A stretch of 10,786 nt of DNA from Balanoglossus misakiensis (Eukaryota > Animalia > Hemichordata), in the NCBI GenBank assembly GCA_040954595.2, contig CM082577.2, forward strand, positions 10,750,381 to 10,761,166, in the 5' to 3' direction. Shown piece by piece: positions 1-8,381 of the stretch (the stretch's first letter is position 1; every line of letters begins with the position of its first letter). The notes below the pieces were generated by a model that had not been told where the DNA came from, ran no database searches, and saw nothing but the letters and a program-made list of their open reading frames with translations. The translations under genes and the position numbers were made by a program.

Positions 1-443
1 ATCTAATTACTCATTCGTTACGACGTGATCAACGATTTGATTCCTTCAGCCGCATCTTTCACATGCAGGTGTTACGGTACCACTTTATATTGTAAAATAA
101 AATACATAAGAACCAACAGAATGGTATCGTCATTTAGTTAGATGTTTGACTTATAGGCCATTTGTCTCTTGATTGATTATACAAACATTGCATTTCCTGG
201 GTGTTATTGCTGTATTGAGATCTAGTGGTCATCGGATTGCCAACAGTGGTTAATTTACAGAGTGGGGTATCATTGTGCTGTATCAGGTGAGGTTGACTAT
301 ATGGAACTCACAAACTCAGAAACATTCAAAATATATTAAAACATATCTTTTCATCAGAGCTTGCAAACTGCCATTTTAAGGTTATAAATCACAATCTAGG
401 GCTCTGTTGCATCAATTTTAAATGTTGTAATATAAAAAACTAC

Positions 444-507
444 CTCCCACTTTCCGCAGAATCCTGGCTACGTACACTTGTTCCCATTTCCATCCGTCCA
501 TCATGAT
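444..507 (-). CDS. Candidate 64-nt downstream exon
   Basis: tttttaactttag|ATCATG...GGGAG|gtagtt, a GC-richer island in AT-rich flanks. Open in phase 1 (DHDGRMEMGTSVRSQDSAESG) and in phase 0. No recognisable homology. Confidence 0.3.
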
Positions 508-752
508 CTAAAGTTAAAAATATGTCAGAATTTTTTTTTTATTTTATGCCGTCAATAAATTTATTCAATAATACCTATGGAAAATCGACCTTCCGTTTTC
601 TTGCTATATACATGTAGTGCGTTATATTTTTACATAATATGTGCAATGACTGACAGACCACACTTAAAATGTCTAAACCAACGAATTTATGACTTGTGGT
701 TATCAACAAAAAGACCACCGATGTATAACGGATTATAGGATTAATTACTCAC

Positions 753-770
753 TTCAGGTAACATTATAAT
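753..770 (-). other. Candidate 18-nt microexon
   Basis: ttctcgtttag|ATTATAATGTTACCTGAA|gtgagtaa, with a consensus donor. Reads IIMLPE in phase 0 or DYNVT-stop in phase 1. Confidence 0.35.
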
Positions 771-851
771 CTAAACGAGAATGTCGTGATTGAGAATTGC
801 TCATTAACATTCTGTTTAATGAATAACCCCTAATAAATTTCAAAAGCTCAC

Positions 852-921
852 CTTTGCCATACCACATATCCCTAAATGCATTGTAGAGTCTTTTCAGTGG
901 GTTTAGACTGGCTTCTCTCGT
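852..921 (-). CDS. Candidate downstream exon F of the ROCO gene (TREASLNPLKRLYNAFRDMWYGK)
   Basis: Pyrimidine tract tttccttttcgtccc followed by tag-gcag, and a strong donor AAAG|gtgagc at 851. The CAG acceptor keeps the frame open. The TAG acceptor 4 nt upstream gives ADERSQSKPTEKTLQCI-stop. Confidence 0.45.
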
Positions 922-1048
922 CTGCCTAGTCGGGACGAAAAGGAAATATGTCAAATTGGACAGGATATGCTGTAAGATCAGACCCGAAAATATCGGGTTC
1001 AAGTTTATTTTCTAAAATATTCGCTACGGTGTGTTATGTAATATATAC

Positions 1049-2296
1049 TTTGCCATACCACATATCCAAAGCTGGAGAATTAATAGATGTGGCGCTCTGA
1101 GGACAGACGACACGCCTTGCATTTTCTTTGATTTCAACACATCGGTCATCTGTATCTTCAGAACCTTCCAGTAATTTCCCCGGAGTGTGATTTGAACAGT
1201 CGCACTTAATGCAGACTTTATACACCAAGCCGGGGGCGTATGTCTTGATAAGTTGCTCTAATTCGTTGACAACCTCCTTGTACACGTTTCTTAGATGCTC
1301 TGGATGTAGGCGTGGGTCACGTTGGGAGTCGTTGAGAAGTATTGCGTCAAGCTCGATATCCGATCCACGTTTGCAAAGAGTTATTTGCAAATCTTCTCGG
1401 ATGATGAATATGCGAGCTTTATGCTGTCGCAGAACGATTTCTCGGTTGGGCCATCGCTTCAAGCATCGGACAACAAGTCGGTAGAATAACCCCTCCGGCA
1501 GGAAATTCCCCGCGAAATGGAAATAGAGTGGACCGCGTGATTTGGAGCCTGCTGGGAACACAGCACTATTCTTCCCCTCTGTGTCCTTCTTCAGTAGACT
1601 TGGTACATAATATACGCCAAGTTTGCCAGGCATCTCCCAAAGGACGTCATACATCGTCAATGTTGCCAGGAGAATCGCTTTGTCGTGCAGGCAGTCGTTG
1701 CGTTTCAGTAGATAATCCAACAACTCGTCATGCAATCTTCCCTCACTATGCAACTCCTCAATCAGACCGATCATTTTTGGTGGGACGTCCGCTTCCTTGT
1801 ATCCAACTGATTGGGTGATCAATATCTTGAAAAGGTTAACTAACCATCCAACATCCAAGATGACAGTTTCTTTGAGTTCTGGTATTGACGTGAAGTGTAG
1901 TATTTCCCCGACATCGTGATAGAACGCCAAAGCTTTGCTTATTTCTTCTTCCCCCATTTCCAACCTTTCTCCCAACTTCTTCACTTCGTCTAAGGTCATC
2001 TTCTGCTTCTGCTGCCGCCTCATTGACAATTCTAAGCGTACCCACTTTACGGATACTTCCCCCAGATAGAAATGATCCTTTGCAAGCTCCCGTATCTTTT
2101 GTCGAAGATATACAATGCCTGGATCTTGAACGGTGCCATTGCCTTTCCTTGACTTGTTGTCAATGGCAATCATGTCGACAACATGTGCATTAACTGCCTT
2201 GGTTGCATGATTTCTCAGGTAGTTCCTGATCTCGTTAAGACGTTCCTTGGCCGCTCCTTCGATATCTTTGTCTTTATCTCGACGAGGGTGGTTTCC
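1049..2296 (-). CDS. ROCO-family protein, exon E: end of Roc, COR domain and Cys-rich tail
   Basis: Acceptor cctcttgcag|GGA (phase 0), 416 open codons. Likely G5 (AIDNK); COR motifs KWVRLE, ALAFYHDVGEILHF, VILDVGWL, YYVPSLL, PEGLFYRLVVR. Probable donor GGCAAA|gtatat at 1048; if unspliced, the frame stops at 1034. Confidence 0.92.
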
Positions 2297-2510
2297 CTGC
2301 AAGAGGGGGGTGGGGGGGGGGGAGAAATAACAAACTGAAGATTGTTATACAAATTATAATACATGAAAAGCAGCACATGTTGTAGAATTTGAACGATTTA
2401 GGCATAATATTTAAGTGGATTTCCAATACTTGCACATTCGACTGTATTTCAACTGGAATAATAAGTTTCAGTAAACGACTTGCCAATGAATGTTTAAATG
2501 AATGCCCTAC

Positions 2511-2635
2511 CTGTACGGTCAGGTCTTTCTTGGTTCCTACGAGGATAACAGGTGGTACAAGTGTTTCTTCTACACTTTTATCTGTTGTTGCTCTTGCATG
2601 GGTATGAATCGAGTTCGTCCAAAAACTCAAGAATT
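2511..2635 (-). CDS. ROCO-family protein, exon D: Roc G4 motif
   Basis: Acceptor ttttattttag|AA (phase 1) and donor CAG|gtaggg (phase 0). EFLSFWTNSIHTHA...PPVILVGTKKD matches Roc 'WLxSI...PVILVGTxxD'. Confidence 0.9.
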
Positions 2636-2683
2636 CTAAAATAAAATGCAGTTGTCTTGGAGTTATATTTTTTCGAAGAGTAA

Positions 2684-2744
2684 GTGTGTGTATGTATGTA
2701 TGTATGTATGTATGTATGTATGTATGTATGTATGTATGTATGTA

Positions 2745-2825
<81 letters not shown>

Positions 2826-2898
2826 ATGTATGTATGTATGTATGTATGTATGTATGTATGTATGTATGTATGTATGTATGTATGTATGTATGTATGTA
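2684..2898. repeat. Compound microsatellite (TATG)n-(TG)n-(TATG)n in intron C-D
   Basis: Directly visible simple repeats. Confidence 0.98.
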
Positions 2899-2900
2899 CA

Positions 2901-2927
2901 TAAATAAATAAATAAATAAATAAAAAA

Positions 2928-2987
<60 letters not shown>

Positions 2988-3040
2988 ACATAAATAAATA
3001 ATACATAAATAAATAAATAAATAAGTAAATAAATAAAATA
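2901..3040. repeat. (TAAA)n microsatellite in intron C-D
   Basis: Directly visible, with a few interruptions; adjoins the TATG tract. Confidence 0.97.
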
Positions 3041-3092
3041 TCAGTTTATTTTGGTAACAAATGATAGTGGGTCACATGTAAATGGTAAATAC

Positions 3093-3195
3093 CCTTTACT
3101 GTCCAGTCGTTGTCGAAATCGTTAGACATGGTATCGTCGAGGGATTTGGTGAGGTCAGTGACAAGAAGGTAAATTGCTCGGCTACCAAGAAAAAC
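3093..3195 (-). CDS. ROCO-family protein, exon C: Roc core
   Basis: Acceptor ctctttcag|GTT (phase 0) and donor AAGG|gtattt (phase 1). VFLGSRAIYLLVTDLTKSLDD continues the Roc consensus THQxFLxxRAxYLLVxDL across the junction. Confidence 0.9.
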
Positions 3196-3198
3196 CTG

Positions 3199-3284
3199 AA
3201 AGAGAGAGAGAGGGGGAGAGCGAGAGAGAGAGCGCGAGAAAGAGAGAGCGAGAGAGAGAGAGGGATAGAGAGAGAGAGAGAGGG

Positions 3285-3361
<77 letters not shown>

Positions 3362-3527
3362 AGAGAAAGCGAGAGAGAGAGGGAGCGAAAGAGAGAGAGA
3401 GGGGGGAGAGAGAGAGGGAGAGAGAGAGGGAGAGAGAGAGGGAGAGAGAGAGAGAGAGAGAGGTGGAGAGAGAGCGAGAGAGAGAGCGCGAGAGAGAGAG
3501 AGCGAGAGAGAGAGAGCGAGAGAGAGA

Positions 3528-3600
<73 letters not shown>

Positions 3601-3607
3601 AGAGAGA

Positions 3608-3648
<41 letters not shown>

Positions 3649-3689
3649 CGAGAGAGAGAAAGAGAGAGAGGGAGAGAGAGAGAGAGAGG

Positions 3690-3770
<81 letters not shown>

Positions 3771-3850
3771 GAGGGAGAGAGAGCGCGAGAGAGAGCGAGA
3801 GAGAGAGGGAGCGAAAGAGAGAGAGAGAGAGAGAGGGGATGAGAGGGGGG

Positions 3851-3886
<36 letters not shown>

Positions 3887-3901
3887 GAGGGGAGAGAGAG
3901 C

Positions 3902-3941
<40 letters not shown>
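3199..3941. repeat. ~740-bp imperfect (GA)n/(CT)n microsatellite adjoining the exon C acceptor
   Basis: Nearly pure purine plus strand with GCG, GGG and AAA interruptions; only three T residues (3266, 3464, 3840). Confidence 0.98.
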
Positions 3942-3945
<4 letters not shown>

Positions 3946-4186
3946 AGGAGTTAATGCGTAACAGATAACAGTAACAGATAACAAATTACATGTTCGACAG
4001 CCTGCTGGAGTTCAGGGCACAATTGTACATGTACATCGGAAAGGGAAAATGTAAAAAAATGCAAATTGTCTACGATATCAATGTGAACATTTTGCAATAT
4101 TAACCGTGGCTGCATTATCACAGCTTTTGCGTCAAAACTGCATCTTTCCAAGACGCCAAAACGGTAAAAGATTATAGAACATATAC

Positions 4187-4488
4187 CTGATGGGTTATGT
4201 GGTAAAGACTTTGTCCCGCATAATCCCACAAACTGAAGTACATATCAGGTACATTAAGGTCCCTGGGTGTCTCCAAACGACGCTTGAGTCGATTCTGAAC
4301 AGCCTGTATTCTCTCTCCTTTCAGCTTGATTGCATCCAGTACATCGGCAACTTTGGCTACGTCCGTGGAAGATGCTATAGTCGAGCTACGTGATGTGTTA
4401 TCGGCCATCCCAAGAAGGAGAACATTTTCTAGTAACCTCTGCGTCTCTTCTGGTGATTTTGCGCCGGCTTGGAATTCAGTGACACATT
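4187..4488 (-). CDS. ROCO-family protein, exon B: Roc insertion plus G3 motif
   Basis: Acceptor ttttgtttag|AA (phase 1) and donor CATCAG|gtatat (phase 0). Open throughout: ECVTEFQAGAKSPEE...FSLWDYAGQSLYHITHQ, matching the Roc signature WDFAGQxxYxxTHQ. Confidence 0.9.
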
Positions 4489-4989
4489 CTAAACAAAAGC
4501 ACGGAATATGCCATATGTTATCATAACCAAAACATGTATCAAGTAAAGTTGTCTGTATATAGGTGTAAATATATACATGTAGTGATGAAGACTTCCTATA
4601 ATTTGGTTAGCCTCTGTGACTGGTTCCTGTCTGTCTGTTTGTAAAGCATTACGTTTCATCGCAAACGGTCGTCAGTTACATGGTTGTTGCAGAATAAAAG
4701 TAATAACAATTTTGTCGACATCTTCTAAAAATAACATCCAAGGAACCATGCGCCCATTTGTTTAGATACATTGCATCCATGTATGTCATGCAATATGAAT
4801 ATCAATACAGAATCATGGTTTCAAAAATTGAAACATAGAATTTAATTAGCCCCCTCCCGGAATATCAGATCATTTGTCCTTACGTTCAATAGAAATACTT
4901 TCAGAAAGTCCAAGAGCTAACTAGACTTCCCTAAATGATTTTAAGCATAAGGCACGGCTGCAGTATAAAAACACTCATTTATGAGATAC

Positions 4990-5203
4990 CATTAATTATC
5001 CATTCTGTGATGTCTATCTTGTATATATCGGCTCCATCAGTGCTGTGATATATTTCTTGAAAAGGCTCGTCGAATAGACTCCGTTTGGTTGATGTCTTCC
5101 CTGCACTATATGCCCCAACCAACATAATACGACCTCGATAGATCTTTTTAAGTGTAGATGAACTTTCTGCAGCCGTCTGCAAGTCCCTGTGAAATTTTGG
5201 ACC
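4990..5203 (-). CDS. ROCO-family protein, exon A: start of Roc GTPase (P-loop G1, switch I)
   Basis: Acceptor tgttcag|GGT and donor AATG|gtatct. Translates GPKFHRDLQTAAESSSTLKKIYRGRIMLVGAYSAGKTSTKRSLFDEPFQEIYHSTDGADIYKIDITEWIIN, with GxxxxGKT and the Roc-type STxG motif. Ends in phase 1, matching exon B. Confidence 0.9.
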
Positions 5204-5245
5204 CTGAACATTGATGAAAAAGGTATGGAAAATATAAATATACGG

Positions 5246-5332
5246 TATATATAATTCCCCCGTATTCCTCACTCGTGTGACTACGTCTCGAACTCAGGTA
5301 CACGAGTTCGAAATACGGGGGAATTATGTATA
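5246..5332. repeat. 87-bp imperfect palindrome, possible miniature MITE
   Basis: Arms 5246-5278 and 5300-5332 match at 29/33 positions as reverse complements (core ATAATTCCCCCGTATT); 21-nt spacer; TA-rich ends. Confidence 0.8.
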
Positions 5333-5798
5333 AATATAATATTATGTTTTAGGTGGATATGGTTTAAGTCAAATTATTATTAGTGGTCTTAGCAGTATGT
5401 TATTGTAAATTATTTGGTTGGCGTTACAGCTCTTATTATTTCCTCATTTACATACTGCACGATTGAATCTATTGAGAATGCATACCACACCCGAATGAGG
5501 TTATCGTGTGATACATCGTACGAGTCACCTTAACGGATAGGTGAAATTGGGCGATAACCGATTTATCATATGCCAATGCATGCCCCGGTCGTTTGCACAG
5601 AGAAAAAACACTGACAGATAAAAATAAACTCTTCAAATGACTACATGTAGCTTAACTGGGCACTCGTTCGATGTTTTTTGTCGCGCGCTCAACTTTAATC
5701 GTTGTATCAACATATTTGTGGTAAATACATGCAACTGAGCTATGTGTTACATGTTTAGCTGTCAACACATTGGACGAATTTATCTGTATTTATGGTAA

Positions 5799-6665
5799 GG
5801 ACCTGGTCAGAATTAACAGGGGGGGGGGGAGGGGGGAAGGCCGGTGCGATTCAAAATCCGCATGCATGAAAAATACTGACCCTCCACCGATTTCTTGCAC
5901 AAAAAATGCTGACCCTCCCCCTTCTCCGTGAACAAAATCAAGTGACCCTCCCCACAATATCCGATGATTCATTCTGATTTGTACAATCAGATATTACTCA
6001 GTCAAACCAGGCAAAATTCACATGTGTACAGAAAATTGTAGACCACAATTAAGTACACCTCAGTTAGTTATTTGCTTGTTTCCTCCAAAGTGTGACATTT
6101 GCAGTACATGAATACTTTGATTCCTATGGCTTTTAAATATTCATTTTGAAATTTTCACTCTTATTCCTCAACATACTTTTCCTAGATAAATACAGTTATA
6201 TGTACTTCATATCATTGTTAGTATCTAAAACAGAAAACGTTATTAAATGGACAACCTCGATGATACAAATCATGGAGAACTGTGGGTAAAATATCGTACT
6301 GTGCTCCCCTTCCCTTAAGAAATTGGGGTTAGGGTTAGGGTTAGGGTTAGGGTTAGGGTTAGGGGATTTAAGATCACATACTGGTACATGTGTATGTTTT
6401 GTGAGTTGTGTGATGTATTTTGTAGTACAAGGGATGTCAATACATCCATACAGGAGTGCCTATATGAGCGCAAGTCTCTTTTCAGGATTTCTCTGTAAAC
6501 TTCAAATTTTTGACATTATCAGTGTCATCCTTGCGCAAAAATTAGTGACCCTCCCCTTGACAAGTGCCCAAAATGTAGCGGCCCTCCCCCAAACCGTTGC
6601 ATGAGAAATGGTGACCCTCCCCCCGATTGCACCGGCCTTCCCCCCTGTTAATTCTGACAAGGCCC
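5799..6665. mobile_element. Non-autonomous PIF/Harbinger-type element (MITE-1)
   Basis: TIRs GGACCTGGTCAGAATTAACAGGGGGG and revcomp GGGCCTTGTCAGAATTAACAGGGGGG, extending to GAAGGCCGGTGC. TAA on both flanks (5796-5798, 6666-6668). No transposase ORF. A 3-bp TAA TSD with GG-starting TIRs is typical of PIF/Harbinger. Confidence 0.85.
6323..6364 (+). repeat. Interstitial telomeric repeat TTGGGG(TTAGGG)6 inside MITE-1
   Basis: Six perfect TTAGGG units at 6329-6364, preceded by one variant unit. Confidence 0.95.
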
Positions 6666-6687
6666 TAAATAGAGATTTATATTACTA

Positions 6688-8381
6688 GTATAAGTGAAAT
6701 TTGCCAATGGATGCATGATAACATGCTTGTACTTAACGATAGTAAGACCGAAGTTATTAGATTCTCTTCTAAGTTTGGCGATAGGGACCGACCACGAGAG
6801 TGTGTTGTACAAGTCGGGGATATCAGCGTCCATTCATCACCTACAGTGATTGACCTCGGTGTCACATTTGATATTACGATGACCATGACATCACATGTTT
6901 CCAGTTTGTGTAAACCAGCGTCTTTTGCTTTGTGGAGGATAAGTAAAATCCGGAATGTCTAGACCAAGAATCAACTGAAAAACTTGTTCATGCTTTTGTA
7001 ACTTCTAGGTTAGACTATTGTAACAGCCTTCTTTATGGTCTGCCAAATTATCAAATCAACAAATTACAGTCTATTCAGAATGCCACTGCACGTTTAGTCA
7101 CTAAGGGACCGTTCAGTTTTTACGGCAGGGGAGGGGGCGGCAAGTTTGTGTCATGGGTTTTTAAAATCAGGCCGACCCCCCTTCACCCAGGACCAAAAAA
7201 TGATGACCCCCCCTTTGACAGACCCAAAAATATGATGAACCCCCCCCCCCCCCCACGCCAAAAACATTCGCCGTCCAGATCCTATGTACACTGTATGGAA
7301 ATAAAGGGAATGAGGCTCCTCACACCTCAATTATAAATTTCTTAAAGTATTATTGAAGTATATTATAGTATATCGTTGCAATAAAAAATCTATGAACAAA
7401 TTAAAACGACAAGTCAATACAATAGTTGCTAGAATTGTTAAAACCAGAAAAGTGGCGGGGGTGGGCGTGGAGGGGTAAAATACGGTGCTCAAAGTTGCAT
7501 TTTAATGACCTCAAAAGCAAATTAACTCAATGTTAGGGAGGACAAATTTTAATTTTGCCACTCCACTCTAAGTAAGCATCGGGGTGGGGTAGCAAGAAGT
7601 CTGCCCTGGTACACTAGACAAACCAGCAAAAAATGAAATGTGGCGGAGAATGAAGGGGGTGGGTGTGAAAATTAGAACATTAGAAAATTTTGTAAAATAA
7701 AGGGCGCGAAACTGCAATTTTGTGGACTCAAAAGCAAACGTTCGGTGGCAAAAAGTATGTGACCCCCCCTAAACGTTTAAAAAAACAGATGACCCCCCCT
7801 TTTGGACTTCAAAATTTTAAGTGTCCCCCCCCCCTGGATTTTGCCCCCCCCCCCGGCCGTAAAAACTGAACGGTCCCTAAAAGCAGGAAAACAGAACATA
7901 TAACACCATTACTTAAGAGATTGCACTGGCTTCCTATACAGAAACGGATTGATTTTAAAAGTCTTTGTTTAACCTACAAAGTTTTAAATTATATGGCTCC
8001 GTCGTACCTGAAGGAGCTCATAAGTGTTCGTTCTTCTGTCCGTAACCTTCGTTCAACAACCTGATTGTTCTTTTATTCTTGATCATCCCAAAGTTAACAC
8101 AGTCTTTTATGGTGACAGGCCGTTCTCTACAGGAGCACCACGGTTGTGGAATAAGCTACCGGTCCACTCCGTAGCACTGAGAATTTTAATGTTTTTAAAT
8201 CCAACCTTAAAACGTTTTTATTCAGGGAATGACTTTTTAACCATTGTCTATTTTTTATTATACATTTTTAGCATTTTACTTGTCTTTGTATTTTTAAGCA
8301 GCGATGTACAGCGCTGTGGGATGTCTTTTTACATGGAAAGCGTTTTTAAAGAATTAAATGTTATTATTATTAGTAGTAGTA
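6688..8381 (+). mobile_element. 5'-truncated, decayed L2/CR1-group LINE (3' end of ORF2, 3' UTR and tail), interrupted by MITE-2
   Basis: ORF2 C-terminal motifs WMHDNMLVLNDSKTE, DLGV, SRLDYCNSLLYGLP, LQSIQNATARL, HITPLLKRLHWLP, RIDFK, APSYL, RNLRS, GDRPFS.APRLWNKLP, FKSNLKTFLF. Frameshifts near 6958, 8060 and 8168. 3' end TGTACAGCGCT...AGCGTT followed by a (TTA)n(GTA)n tail at 8361-8381. The 5' boundary is approximate. Confidence 0.9.
7105..7877. mobile_element. Non-autonomous PIF/Harbinger-type element (MITE-2) nested in the LINE
   Basis: Perfect 22-bp TIRs GGGACCGTTCAGTTTTTACGGC; TAA TSD at 7102-7104 and 7878-7880. Removing the element and one TSD restores the LINE frame RLVT-K-SRKTEHITP. 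Confidence 0.95.

Noticed and set aside
47-82. Possible terminal exon SGTVTPACERCG-stop on the minus strand
   Set aside because: Weak AAG acceptor, and it depends on an unverified upstream exon phase.
982-998. Hairpin ACCCGA-aaata-TCGGGT
   Set aside because: A 6-bp stem is expected by chance in a window this size.
1012-1048. In-frame 37-nt intron linking exon E to ORF 754-1002
   Set aside because: Shorter than typical metazoan introns, and a better pyrimidine tract and acceptor exist near 922-950.
1209-2045. ORFs 1209-1484 (+), 1528-1818 (+) and 1836-2045 (-)
   Set aside because: Antisense or alternate-frame shadows of the COR exon, with no recognisable motifs.
2578-3984. Long ORFs (YLFI/HTYI, CMYV, ERER, SLSL)
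   Set aside because: They are translations of microsatellites. Only 3093-3195 and 2511-2635 are supported as exons.
5529-5610. Candidate upstream ROCO exon (VFSLCKRPGHALAYDKSVIAQFHLSVK, phase-0 donor gtgact)
   Set aside because: Phase-compatible and open, but it has no motif support and the region may be repeat-derived. Needs cDNA.
6323-6604. ORF MGLGLGLG... or a true chromosome end
   Set aside because: The Gly-Leu run is translated TTAGGG. The tract is about 40 bp and internal to a MITE.
852-8232. Diversity-generating retroelement (20-nt repeat pair plus nearby RT-related sequence)
   Set aside because: The repeat is only 20 nt and identical, with no adenine-specific differences. The RT-related sequence is a frameshifted L2 LINE 3' fragment lacking the catalytic core.
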